From: Camelus dromedarius | Lineage: Eukaryota | Assembly: GCF_036321535.1 (NCBI RefSeq) | Contig: NC_087437.1 | Span: 120,034,001 to 120,098,000 of the forward strand | DNA: 64,000 bases | Direction: 5' to 3' | Shown: positions 1-12,069 of the stretch, piece by piece | How the letters are laid out: the number at the start of each line of letters is the position of its first letter | Numbering within the stretch: position 1 is the stretch's first letter | Made by a program: the position numbers and the translations under genes | Notes under the pieces: generated by a model | Databases searched by the model: none | What the model was told of the DNA's origin: nothing | Seen by the model: the letters and a program-made list of their open reading frames with translations, nothing else

Positions 1-747
1 TGTGGGGAGATTATTTCTGCTCAGGGTGACGCCCCACCCCAGTCCCCCAAAAGGTGCACGTTACTTGGTGCAGCCTCTGGCCCTGCAGAGCCTCATGGGG
101 TGAGGCCGGGGTGCCTTGTAGGAAATTCAGCTTTCACTGTTTGCGTCGTCAGGCCCCAGGGTGGCAGGGAGCAGGCTGGCTCCAGGGCCAGGGGTTTGGG
201 GTCACACCGGAAGAAGGAAAAAAGGGATGCAGGGGCCACCCCAGTGCGGGGCCCTGGGTGGATGGACCCACGGCGTGGGCCGCGCCAGGATCCACTGCCC
301 TCCTGCTCTGCCCACCGCATCCTTGGCCTGTTTTCCCAGTGCACCCCGGGGAGAGAGGGACAAAGCTCTTTCCTTTTGTGTCTCCTGGGGGCTGACCTGT
401 GGGCCAGGGGCTCCGGGTCCCCCTTTCAGCAGGGTCTGCAGTGCGGTGGGGTCACTCAGAGGGGCCAGAGATTGGGAGGAACTGTGATCGCAGTTTCCTG
501 AACAGTCTGATCAGACTTGAAAAAACCCTGCCTTAATGAGAGCTTGGTAAGCCCTCAATACATGTCACACGTCGTCTGAGACGTTTTATCAGGGCTTGTA
601 TTTTTGTTGAATTAAAGTCAGGAGTTTAACTTTGCATTATTCTAAATTCAGTTATGTGTTTATGTATACATTTTTGGAAAAAAAAAAAACGAACATTTAT
701 TTCAGCAGAGTTTATTGCCGCGTAAAACACCCCTGTGGTCCCCTGGG

Positions 748-958
748 CAGGGTCCCGAGCTGTGGCCCCGCTGGCATTTGGGGCTGGGCGCCTCGTGCTG
801 TGGAGACTGTCCTGTGCGCTGTAGGATTCAGCAACGTTCCTGGTCCCTCCCTGCTAGGTGCCAGTGGGACCCCACCCCCAGTTGTAACAACCGAACTGTG
901 TTCAGATGTTGCCAAAAGTTCCCCGGGGGACAGAAATCCCCCAGGTTGTGAAGTACTG
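748..958 (+). mobile_element. MER20-like hAT-Charlie DNA transposon relic
   Basis: Motifs ctgtcctgtgcgctgtagg, ccagttgtaacaacc, cagatgttgccaaa and a terminal ggttg...actg; clearly homologous to the copy at 5063-5278. Confidence 0.7.
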
Positions 959-1147
959 ATCCAGGACAGCATTTCCCACAACGCGTCATGTGGAACCTAC
1001 CTTAGTGGGAAATGCATGCATTTTTACATAAAATTCAATTAAGCTGTTTGGTGTCAGTGTTACCACATGTGTTTTCATGTATTTACATAATCCACGTTTC
1101 TCATTTTAAACACTTACCTCAGGTCTCACGCGGTTTGGTGGTTCTGG

Positions 1148-1305
1148 GGTGTGTGTGTATCTGCGTGTGTGTGGTTGTGTGTGTGTGCATGTATGTGCGT
1201 GTGCGCATGTATGTGTGAATGTGTTTGTGTCTGCGTGTATGTGCGTATATGTGCGTGCGTGTGTGCGCATGTGTGTGTGTATATGTGTGTGTACACGCGT
1301 GCGTG
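1148..1305. repeat. Imperfect (TG/CG/TA)n alternating purine-pyrimidine microsatellite
   Basis: Directly visible. Confidence 0.95.
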
Positions 1306-3295
1306 CTTTACGGCCTGACCTAATGTTGCAGACCCCTTGGAGCACTTAGGCGCTGATATTTTGTGTGTTTATTTGATCATCTCGGGCCTTGGGCCTCGGG
1401 CCTCCCAAGTGCCAGCCAGGGCAGGTCGGGGTAGTGCTGCCAGGCCCGTTTCTGCAGTGCTCCCTCCTTCCCCAGGGAGAAAGATGTCCCGTGGGAGAGT
1501 CCTTACCTTGAAGGACTGTGCTCCTACTTTTCCTAAGACGTGTCCACTGCCCTTTAGCAGCAAGTGTATGATGAAAGTTTTGAATGTCAGTGTTTAATGT
1601 TGCCAGTGATAGTCATGGTCTTAAAAACAAAGCTGTGATGTGAATTTTAAATTCTGCCAGCTGTGATAGACCAGCCCATTACTAAAATGGATTCTGAGAC
1701 CATTAAACAACTTTGTTGTTAGAATTTTGCTGTGTCTCTGGTGGACACGTACGGACCTTTGGCTCAGAAATATGTTTTGGGGATAGATTTTGTTTACCAG
1801 GATTTAACGTCTGTGATTTTATTTGAACGTTAAACTTCAAGTGGTACTTCCCCAAACCTTGTTTGAAAAGTAAAGTGAGTTCTGGACAGATGTATTCCTC
1901 AGAATGAGTTACTGACCGAGCACCTCCCCTGGATGGGACAGGAAGCCAGGAGACGGGACAGGCAGGCAGGTGGCTGGTGTTTCCAGGCTGCAGTCACCTA
2001 AGCCTTCCTACATGCAGAACGACAATTTACTGAGCCTTAGTGCTGAACAGTTAGTGTCCTGCAAGGTGTCTTGGAAAAGATCTCTTTTTTTGAATATAGA
2101 ATTTTGACAGTTGGATTCCTTGACAGCTTTCTTAGTTTTATTAACATTCAGGTTTAGTTTAGAAAAGGATCATCAATTAAATGTTCTGGGAAAGATTAGT
2201 AATTCTGCTCAAAAATCTAGAGAGAGAGTTTGCCCTGTCTCGTGACTTGCTGTTGTCCTGAGTCCTCTTCTGACTTCATAGCTGCCTCTCACAGCCACTA
2301 AAACTGACATTGCCTGAGTTTCCTGCGTTTCTCTGCTCGTGGACTTGGGCTCAGTAGCTAAAGCACCTTTGAGAGCGGCTGGGAGCCGCCTTGGCTGGGG
2401 CGCGGGGCAGCCCGAGAGGGAGGGGCTGCCGGGGCTCCGCACGTGCGCAGGGAGTGAAAGCTGAGCTGGAGGGTGCCTGTCAGTGCGGCTGTGTCTTCCA
2501 AGTGCAACAGGTCTCCTTGGACAGCTGGCCATCAGGCCCGGGTCCCACTGTGGCCAGTTTTCCTCCAGCCCAGGAGCCTTACACGATAGCTTTCAAAGGA
2601 AAAGGCAGATGTCGGAGAGACGGTGCGGCCACGAAGCCACACATGTTTCCCAGCGGGCCCTTTACAGACCTGGTGCCCCCAGCTCTCAACTTGAAACTCC
2701 GTTGGTCTGGATCCGAGTGGAATCAGATGGCGTAACTGCTGGGGGACCGTGAATGATGAGGGGGGAGGTGGGACATTTTCCCTCCCCGGGCTCTTAACGT
2801 CATGATGACTCGTATGTAGTGTCCTCTGTGTAAAAACTGAGCCTGGGAAAGTAGCTCTTAGGTTGTAATCAGGATCTTAAAGGAACCCATGTGAATAAAT
2901 GCTAGAAACATAAGCCTAGGAATTTCCGCCCCAGTGAGTAGTTCCCATTGCCTCCGAGCCCTTTTGTTTTTCTCTGTTGTTGGCATCTGAGCACTGGGAA
3001 CCCCTGCCTCCCTGACTGAGCCGTGTGTCGTGTTGAATTCTTTTCTGTGGGTGCCCCTACCTTGCCCAGCAGCCCCTGTTCAGAGATCCCAGATGCCAGT
3101 GGGACAGCAGGAGGGCCCAGCATCTCTGGGCTGCGGGGCTCCGGGGTCAGGAGCTGGGGAGCAGGCCTGGCCGGGCTGGTCAGTGCCCAGGCTGGGGGCC
3201 GGGGAGGGGGCAGGGCTCCGGTCAGACCAGACCAGGCCGCCCTCACTGGTCTTTGCTCATCAGGGCTTCTTTTTTTTTCTTTCTAGAATCCCTGC

Positions 3296-3301
3296 TTTTT
3301 C

Positions 3302-3356
<55 letters not shown>

Positions 3357-3511
3357 CTTTCTTTATTTCTTTCTCTCTTTCTCTTCTTTCTTTCTCTCTT
3401 TTTCTTTCTTTCTCTCTTTCTTTCTCTTTCTTTCTTTCTTTTCTTTCTCTCTCTCTTTCTCTCTCTTTCTCTCTCTCTTTCTTTCTCTCTTTCTTTCTCT
3501 CTCTTTCTTTT

Positions 3512-3554
<43 letters not shown>

Positions 3555-3655
3555 CTTTCTCTTTCTTTCTCTCTTTCTTTCTTTCTCTTTCTTTCTTTTC
3601 TTTCTTTCTCTCTTTCTCTCTCTCTCTTTCTTTCTTTCTTTCTGTCTGTCTGTCT
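3296..3655. repeat. Compound (TTTC)n/(TC)n polypyrimidine microsatellite, about 360 bp
   Basis: Directly visible; nearly purine-free on the + strand. Confidence 0.97.
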
Positions 3656-5062
3656 TCCGGTCTCTCAGCATTTCTTGTGTAAAAGGCATCAGAACAGGAG
3701 ATGGAATAATCCTCAACTCTTTCTGAGTGCTTTTCTGGGACTTGTTTCTTGTGGACCTTTCGACTGGACTGGATCGTGTTTAGTTAACTAGCCTGAGGGT
3801 GTACTTTACCTGCTATTTATTTAAATGTTGATTTTCCAGTTTCAATTTTAATGTCAGTTCAGTATTCCCTAAGTCTATAAGCTATAACTGTTTTAAACTT
3901 TAAAAATCTCTCCATCTTTATGTATGTTGTTTTTCTTGTTTTTTTAAAAAAAATTGTTCTATGCAAATTGTGTTCCAAGTGGAGAATTCAGTTATTGAGT
4001 TTGTTTGCATGAGTGGAGTACATATTATGGACTATTCCTAGGATTTCTGCCTTCAAAGCTTAAAGAAATGCTTTTCTATGGTGTTTTTTTCATATAATAG
4101 ATAATACTGAAAGTAGCGATTATAGTGCGGACAAAACATTTAAGGCTTTTTCTCTTTGTAGCTGTATTCTTGATAGCATGGCATTAAAATAATCTGAATT
4201 CTTCTCTAGACTAGTCAAAATAATCAGATGTTCAAAACCAGTTACTACAAGATGCTTTGCTCAGTTTGGTGTGGCCCCATTGAAGGGGACCTCGTTTCTA
4301 GTTCGGTGCTGATGCACAAATGTGTGTGGGTGTGTGTTCGGTGTCATCAGGTTACACAGCACCCCCTGGGGATGGAGCATTACGGCCGGGTGAACCCCCT
4401 AGACAATAAGTTTAACCTTTAAGTGCCCTGAAATTCATCTGAAAGGTTTAATAAAATGTCCTAAAACGATCCTAGATGTGTTTGCCCTCCCAGATTGTGC
4501 GCTCTCTGCCAGCACTACGCCTGTAAAGGCAGGTCAGTCGCAGTGCCTGCTGCGAGAGAACTCAGTTCACATGTGAATTAGAAAGAACACAAGTTCACAT
4601 TTCATCAGTGGAACAAGGATTGTTCTGGAAGTGGATTGGGCTCTAGGTGTTAGCGTTGACTGTAGGCCATGAAGGTAACCAGTAGGAGACTGAGGACAGG
4701 ACACGTGACTCCTGGGTGCCTGGGGGAAAGCGAAGCAAAGACGGACTTCGTCATTTCAACAAAAGGGAGGTCAGGAGAAAGAAGGAAACAAGGACGCCTG
4801 GTTGGTGTGTTTAAGAACCGATGACTAACGTCAGATGGCGTGAGCGAGCCCAGAGCTGAGAACTAGACTCAAGGTGAGAAGTGTCTGAGGAGCACGTCCT
4901 CCTGCTCAAAGGTGTAGTTAGTAACCATAAGCTAATGCATCTGTAATGTGGAGAAATATGGAGACTGATCAAAATAGAAGCTGACAGTTCTACACAGATG
5001 GGAGACTAATGTGACTCTTAGCAAGACGCAAACCAAGTAGATCAAAAGAAGAAAGGATGTGG

Positions 5063-5278
5063 AAGGGTTCTCACCTGGCCCTGCTGGCATTCGGGGCCAG
5101 ATGGTTCTTTTTCAGGGGGCGTCCTGTGCACTGTAAGATGTCTAGCAGTGTCCCTGGCCTCTGCTCACTACGTGCCAGTATCACAGAACCCCCTCCCTCA
5201 CTGTGACAACCAGAAGTGTGTCTGGACGTTGTCAAATGTATCCTGGGGGCCAAAATCACTTCTGGTTGAGAACCACTG
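5063..5278 (+). mobile_element. MER20-like DNA transposon
   Basis: agggttctca... gtcctgtgcactgtaagatgtctagcag... tgtgacaaccaga... ggttgagaaccactg terminal motif. Confidence 0.8.
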
Positions 5279-5329
5279 ACATAGAGGTTTTAAATAATAT
5301 TGCTAATGGATATGTACAGAAATGCGTGC

Positions 5330-6070
5330 ACAACAAACAAAACAGATTCTCCTCAATTACATGGAGTGTTGAACAAAACTGGCCACATATTAGGCCACAA
5401 AGAAAGTAAGGTTTCAAAAAGTAGGTACTATAGACCAGATTCTCAGACCGCAGGGCAGCCTGGCTAGAGCCTCAGAGAGAAAGGAGAGCTAGAAGTACCT
5501 GCCTGAGCGTGTTAAGACCCCCTTCTTTGTATCTCTTGGGTTAGAGAGGAGATCGTTAACTACTTTGAGGCTCTCTGTTAATGAGTGACAGGACTACACA
5601 GCACAACCTGCAGGGTGGGGCAAAAGCAGCTCTCACAAGAAAGGAGGTGTGTGGCCTTAAATGCATTTATTAGAGAACAAGAAAAATAAGTGAATTAAGT
5701 TTTCAACTCAAGAAATGAGGAAAATAAAATTAAGGCAAATCTGTTTTTGCTTCCTGCAAATCTGATTAAGAAGAAACGAGAACACAGTATTTAAAAAGGG
5801 AGGTGACTACAGATGTGAAATTTGGCAAATGAGAACATACCAGGTACAGCTTGACGGCAGTTAATGTGAAGCGCTGCGGATGGCTTATGAAGAAGACTTA
5901 AGTGACCAGAATTGACCTTGCAGGTAGGAAACTTGTACAGAACAGCAACTTTAGATGAAGTGGAGAAGGTAGTCAAGGTTTACCTTTTTAAAAAGACACT
6001 GGGGCGAGTTAGATCAAACTTTCATGGAAGAGCTCATTCCTGTGTTGTATAGATTGTAGCAGCCATTCAT
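5330..6070 (+). mobile_element. Ancient L1 ORF2 fragment
   Basis: A-rich degenerate L1 motifs (ggccacatattaggccacaaag, ccttaaatgcatttattaga, gacactacagat); boundaries approximate. Confidence 0.6.
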
Positions 6071-6074
6071 GAAA

Positions 6075-6600
6075 CAATCATTGTGCTCCTGCTGTGTACC
6101 AGACACAGGGAGGGTGCCAGGAATATGATGGTGAACGAACACAGAGCCGGCTCCTGCCTGCCTGGAAGTAGTAACGGCACAAGCTAATCGAAGGCCTGTC
6201 CCCATAAATGCAAAGTGACAACTGCAGTGAGGACTGTGGGAAGGAGGCGTGTTTTGCTCTGAGATGTGGGTCAGAGGTCAGGGCAGCCCTTCTAAGGTGG
6301 AGCTGCCCGATGGGAACCATCCAGGGGGACAGGAGTGGACAAGGGGACAAGGGTAGGAAGAGCATTCCAGACAGGTGGGGACGGTGAGCTCACGGGCCTT
6401 GAGGGGTTGAGGGTGCTGAAGAGCCTGGAAGGGCCCAGTGTGACTGCAGTGCAGACGGGGGTGACCTGGGGTGGGGCGGGAGGAGAACAGGTAAGGATGC
6501 AATGGTGCTGAGCAGTCACACTGTGTTAAGATTTATGATCTGTATCTTGTAGGCAGTTGGAGTCCTCTGGAGGGTTTTAAGTGGGTGTGTCATGATCAGA
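6075..6600 (-). mobile_element. L2 LINE fragment
   Basis: ctgctgtgtaccagacac...atggtgaac...cctgcc and gagggttttaag...catgatcaga motifs typical of the antisense L2 3' region. Confidence 0.6.
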
Positions 6601-7305
6601 CCTAGGTTTCCAGAAGAAACACGCCCATGTCCACAGAGGAACTGGTGGAATAAACTACGCTGAGCCCACAGTGTATGTTTCTCAGTCCGCAGCTGTGGAC
6701 AGGGGTGAGGGGACTACTGACCTGCTCTGTGGCATCTTTAGGACGTGGTGAGTGGGAAGAGTAAGGCTCAGAACTGTGAACAGAGAGGCATGTGAACATC
6801 TGCTTGTGATAAAAAAGCTTAAACCCAGACTAGTTAAAATGGGTTCCTTGTAGGAGAGGAGAGGAGAGAGGAGGGTTATAAATTAGGTTTCTGGACCTAC
6901 CTTCTATAGTTTTGATTCATGGAACTGTGTAACCGTATGAATGTTTTATATAGTTTTAAATTAAATTAAACCAAATGGTGGGGGGCAGGTGGGAGTACTA
7001 CCTAAAAATTAAAAGCAAAGGGAATCAGAAGAACCTAACTGGGCATTGAGTTGGTGGCTTAACTGCACAGAGAAGAATTATTTCAAGTGACTTCGAAACA
7101 AATTGGATTGTACATCTATTCTAGTGGGATAAATCCTAAGGAGAAAGGAATTACAAAGAAATCTTAAGGTTTTTAGTTTTCATATTGTTAGTAGTAATAC
7201 TCATTATTTTGAAACTATGTATATACATATGTATAAAATATGACAAGTTGTCATTTTACTGTTATTAGGAACAAGATTTTCAGGGTAAGAAAAAAGATAT
7301 ATAGT

Positions 7306-7445
7306 GGGGAGGGTACAGCTCAGTGGTAGAGTGTGTGCTTAGCTTGCACGAGGTCCTGGGTTCAATCCCCAGTACCTCCATTAAATAAATAAATAATTAA
7401 ACAAATCTAAATTACCCCTCCTGCAAAAAAAGAAAAAAAGAAAAA
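7306..7445 (+). mobile_element. tRNA-derived SINE (vic-1-like, camelid)
   Basis: ggggagggtacagctcagtggtagag (A box)...ggttcaatccc (B box), short AT-rich body and poly-A tail. Confidence 0.85.
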
Positions 7446-7584
7446 CGTTATACAAATACTAATTCAAAGTAGTTAAGTAAATACCCTGTAATCCCAAATT
7501 TGAATTGGAAGTATCAGTGTTTACTTGTTTTGAAAAGATTTTTTGAGAAAGTATTTCCAATCACTGTCCATTGAAAAGGCCTAG

Positions 7585-7971
7585 CCAGAAAGAGAAAGAA
7601 AAATACCATGTGAGATCACTCATATGTAGAATCTTAAAAACAAGACAGAACAAAAAAGAACACTAAGAACTCATCTGCAAAACAGAAACAGACTCGCAGA
7701 CATAGTAAACAATTTTATGGTTACTGGGGAAAGGGGGTGGGAAGGGGTAAATTTGGAAGTTTGAGATTTACATATGTTAGCCACTATATATAAAATAGAT
7801 TTTAAAAAAGTTTCTTCCGTGTAGCACATGGAACTATGTTCAATATCTTGTAATAACCTTTAATAAAAAAGAATATGAAAACGAGTACACATGACTGGCA
7901 CATTGTGCTGCACACCAGAAATTGACACGTTGTAACTGACTACGCTTCAATTAAAAAAAGAAAAAGAGAAA
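7585..7971 (+). mobile_element. Younger 5'-truncated L1 3' UTR (cetartiodactyl type) nested in an older L1 3' relic
   Basis: aaataccatgtgagatcactcatatgtagaatct...cagaaacagactcgcagacatag...cagaaattgacac...poly-A; flanked by gaaaaggcctag (7573-7584) and gaaaatgcctgg (7972-7983). Confidence 0.8.
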
Positions 7972-9451
7972 GAAAATGCCTGGAGACAGTGACCAGCCAG
8001 TGGCAGGAGCACACATAGCACTTAGATTGTGGTCTCTACCTATCATTTTCCATTGTCAGGAATCAAAACCCCCTCCTTGGATGAATGGCACAGACTGAGT
8101 TTGGCACAGAAAATGAACAAGATGAGCCTGGAGTATCTCGTTTTACCTGAAAGCAAGGAAGCTTTCCAGACTTCCAGGGTGCGTCAGAAGCTGTAGGAGG
8201 TGACTGCAGGATCTTGCATTGGAAAAAGATAGGATAACTTGGAACATCAGAACATGTATAAGTATATAAAAAATGACTTAATTTTTAAATGTTCAAACCC
8301 ATGAGATCATGGTATGCTAAAACCACCTCCCTGGTCACTATCGGAGAACGCTAGGGAACGGGCATATTACCCTGAAAATGGGTAACCAGAGGGAAGGAAG
8401 CAAGCCTTAAGAACGCCCGTCATTTGGGACTGGTAGATACTACTGTGTACAGAACGGTACACTTGCAACTGAGCGTCTCATCAGTTCTCCGACAGCGGGC
8501 GAGCACAGGGGACAGAGTCCACCGGGTCAGCGCCGACTCCCTGCCCGGGCAGGAGAGGAGCCCCTTGATGCAGATGTGAGCAGGTCTAGGGGACAGGGTG
8601 GGTGTTCTGGGGTATTTGGTCTGGGGAGGGCAGTCCCTCCCAGGTAAGAGCAGGGCGCCCACTCTGCCTCCCCATCCTGCTCTGCCAGGTTTGCTCAGAG
8701 AGCCCGGCTGGTGAGAACCACCTCACAGCTGAGAGACGGGCGTGACTGGGGCTCTGTCTTCTTTGTCTGGGCCCCTGCAGGGCCTCTGCTGTGGGTTTTG
8801 TTGAGTTCAGCTGTTGGGGACGTGGCAGTGCTGCCTGGTCGCAGTTTGACACCATAGGTGAGCAGCTGCGGCTCTTCCCGACCCTGCGGTTCAGGCCCGG
8901 TGGACTCTGAGCAGAGCCGGCAACGGCGGGCCTGGCATTGGGCCTCGTCCCAGAGGATGTGCGTCCATCAGTGCGTGGACAGCAGTGACTCTCCAGCATG
9001 GCCAGGAAGGGACTCGTCCACAGAGGGGAGGGTCATATCTTTTCCTTCAGTTTGGCTTTTTTTTTTTTTTAATGAAAGTAGTATAAAGTGTTTTCTTTTC
9101 CGTCTTGAATGGCGGCCGACCTTCAGAGATGCGCACAGTGGCTGATGGGGGAGAAGCCCCCATCTCCCGTTGTGCAGCTCTGGGAAAGAAGCCCCGAGAC
9201 TCAGGAGCCCTGTGCCCCCCTCATTTCCCAGGGGGATCTCGCGGCCCTGGTTGCCTTCCCTGCAAGCTGGAGCTCACAGCTCCGCTGGCCGCGGGGGTGT
9301 GGCGTTACCTCTGCCCTCACTGGACACGCTCTGCTTTCTGCAGGCCCTTATCCCGTGTCTCCACGGCCAGAAGGTATAGCTGTGAAGTCAGGGAGTCACT
9401 TTCAAAGTCTGCCTGTTGCAGAGACGTTCACTGAGAGAAGTTGGCTTTTTC

Positions 9452-9532
9452 AGTGTTTGTGTGTATGTACGTGTGTGTGTGCACGCGTGCATGTATATGT
9501 GTGTGTATGTGCATGTGCGTGCGTGTGCACGT
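9452..9532. repeat. Imperfect (TG)n microsatellite
   Basis: Directly visible. Confidence 0.9.
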
Positions 9533-10524
9533 GGACTGGGGCCTGGATCTCCCCCAGGAAGCCTCTTCTGCTGTTCAGTGACTGTCCGTAGGGCGGTGCT
9601 GTGGGCTGGCGGCTCCCTTCTCTACAGGCAGAGATGAGTTCAGACACAGAGCCCAGCTGTGAGCTCTCATCCCAGCAGCCACGTGGTGGTGGCTGGGGGA
9701 GAAATGGGAAATGGCCAAGGTCCCCAAGGAGAGGCAGAGGTCAAGGTGCAGAGTGAGTCCTGTGTCCAGAACGTGCCGTGTGCACAGTGAGCCTGGGTAT
9801 GAGTCTCTCCTTTAGACTCTCGGCGCTTAGACTTCACGTTGGCTGGTACTGGTCGTTGGGGATGCGGCAGGACCGGCCCTCAGCCCTGAAGGACCGTGCA
9901 CAGGGTGGAAATGAACTGCTGAGGTGCTATGGGCCTGCAGGGAGCCTGTGAGGGCCCCGGGGAGATTCCTGGCCTGGGTGAGGATGCAGTTCCCAAGCTC
10001 CCAGCTCAGAGGCCAGCTTTGGGGAGGGCGCTGGGGGGTGTCCCTTTGGCCATCTGCACACCCGCAGTGGGGCCAGGCTGCCGGGACTTGATCTGCAAGG
10101 ATGGTTTTGGAAGGTGGAGGACGGAGTGGGAGGGTGAGCCTGGAGCTCACGTGGTTCCTCCTGAGATCAGGGTGTAGCGATGATGCCGGGGCGGAGCTGG
10201 CGGTCAGTCAAGGCAGAGGCCGTTAGGAGGGGCTCAGCGACAGGTCTGTGGACATGTGGGGCCTCTATCTCAAGAATGGAGTCCCAGGGGGCCGGGAGGG
10301 CAACTCTGGTGGTGACTCCACGTGACTCATCTCCCGGCCTGGCGCCCCCTCCCGCGCCCACGCCTCCCTCTCCCTCGACCCTCAGCTGCATTACCACAGC
10401 TCTGTTCCCAGCATCAGGGGCGCTACCTAGCTCTGCCCTCGTCCCGTGGGCCGTGCCGGGTCCTTGATCTTCCTCCCCCCGGGAGGTCTCCCGCAGCCTT
10501 GTGGCTTTACCTGACTGCCCCGTG

Positions 10525-10925
10525 TCCTGGGGCTGCTGTGACTATGTCCTAAAAGCAGCGGCTGGATGGAAACCACACAAATGTGTCTCTCACTGCTCTG
10601 GTGGCCAGACCTGAAGTCAGGGTGCCGCAGGGCCACACTGCCTCTGAAGGCTCGAGCGAAGGGTCCTTCCTGCCGCTTCCGGCTTCTGGGGCTCCGGCTG
10701 TCCCTGGCGTGTGGCACCTCTCCCGTCTCTGCCTCTGGTTCACACAGAGTCACACGGCCGTCCCCTCAGTGCCCCTGAGAGCTGCTTCTCCCGCCCCCAC
10801 CCCGGTTTTAAGGGCATCCCTCTTGAGAGCTTTAACGTGGTTGTTGTGTCTGTAGAGACCCTGTTTCTCAGTAAGGTCCTGTTTGCGAGGATGGGGATGC
10901 CTTGGAGGGCACAGTTGGACCTCTG
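10525..10925 (-). mobile_element. MLT1 (MaLR) solo LTR
   Basis: tctcactgctctgg...gaagtcagggtgccgcagggccacactgcctctgaaggctc...ccttcctgcc...gcttctgg motifs; boundaries approximate. Confidence 0.7.
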
Positions 10926-11594
10926 CACATGCCAGCCACGCACTGATGATTACTGGGTTTGTACCTATGGGCCAGACTCACTTGTTAGCAATTTCCTCGT
11001 GGATACTTAAGAAGCGTCTCAAACCTAAAATGTCCCATCTCTTGCTTTCTCCTCCCAGTCTGCAGAAACTGCTCCTCACAGTCTGCTCCGCTTCGGGACA
11101 TGCGGCTCTGCTCTGCCAGTTGCTCAGGTGGGACCCGTAGACCCTGCCCTGGCCCATGAGAGTGTGACCTGCTCCCGTGTCTCCCTCTCCTCCCCTCCCC
11201 TCCCCTCCCCCCTCCCTCCTGCTGTCCCACTGCTGGGCCTCCCCTCTGCGGGTGGCACAGGTGGTCCCCTCTTCCCCAGGTACCCTCACTGCCCTCCCCG
11301 CCCCCTAGTCATTCTCTGTCCCTGCCTGATTTCTCTACTCTCATCACCTCTGGACATTTCTCCGTGTGCGTGGTGACAGGTGAATGACAGCATCCTGTCT
11401 TTGCATTACATGCAGATGTTAGCTGAGTGCCAAGTGCAGGCACCCTGAGCACACCTTTGTCACTCCTGCCTGAGACTCAGCCTCCCTGGGCTCAGTGTCA
11501 GCACATCTGCCCGACTGCACAGCCGTGGGCCGCTCGCTCCCCTGTCATGTCACCTTGCCACCCTGTGTGTCCCCCCCCCCCCCCCGTCCCGTGT

Positions 11595-11735
11595 GCTGCC
11601 TGGCATTCCTCTTGTTTATGGTCCCGGGAAAGCAGGGCCTCGCCTGTTGTTTGCTGCTGCACCCCAGGGCCCAGGACAATGGCCTGCATGCGTAGACATT
11701 GCTAGATGTTTGTTGGGGGTGTGAACGAATGAATC
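11595..11735 (+). mobile_element. L2 3' end fragment
   Basis: ccccagggcccaggacaatggcctg...tgtttgttg...gaatgaat terminus. Confidence 0.55.
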
Positions 11736-12018
11736 CTAACGTCTGGAAGCGCGGTGACACGCCAGGGCCCCGGGCAGCACGGCCGCCCGGCCGCCGGGCG
11801 GGTGTGGGGTGCTGCATAGGATTTGGCTGATGACGTGGTGTCGAGGGTGGTTTTTACTCCCCATGTGAAAATACATGTTTTAAGAAGTCCGGTGCTATGT
11901 AATCAGGGGACAGCAGTGCTCTGCAGTGATTAACGATGCTTCTCTGCTTTTGTTTTCCCAGACACCACTTGCTTTTGACTCAAGATGATTTGATGTTTTG
12001 TAATAAAGCTCATTAACC

Positions 12019-12069
12019 ATGATGGCTACACAGACGTTAAGTATAGACAGCTATCAAGACGGGCAACAA
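12019..12069 (+). CDS. PKNOX1: PKNOX1 coding exon 1 (exon 2; exon starts at 11962): MMATQTLSIDSYQDGQQ
   Basis: Acceptor ttttcccag ends 11961; ccATGATGG start at 12019; donor CAA|gtgagc at 12070. Confidence 0.96.

Noticed and set aside
3030..3791. Long ORFs (253, 157 and 117 aa) rich in F/L/S or K/E/R
   Set aside because: Translations of the TTTC/TC microsatellite, which contains no stop codons
7306..7378. tRNA-Ala-like gene
   Set aside because: It has a SINE body and poly-A tail and occurs as several diverged copies in the window; a retroposed SINE, not a tRNA gene
8641..8863. Possible extra 5' UTR exon of PKNOX1 (ttcag acceptor near 8810; donors AG|gtgagc at 8858 and CAG|gtaaga at 8644)
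   Set aside because: Such motifs are common by chance, the pyrimidine tract is weak, and no transcript evidence is available
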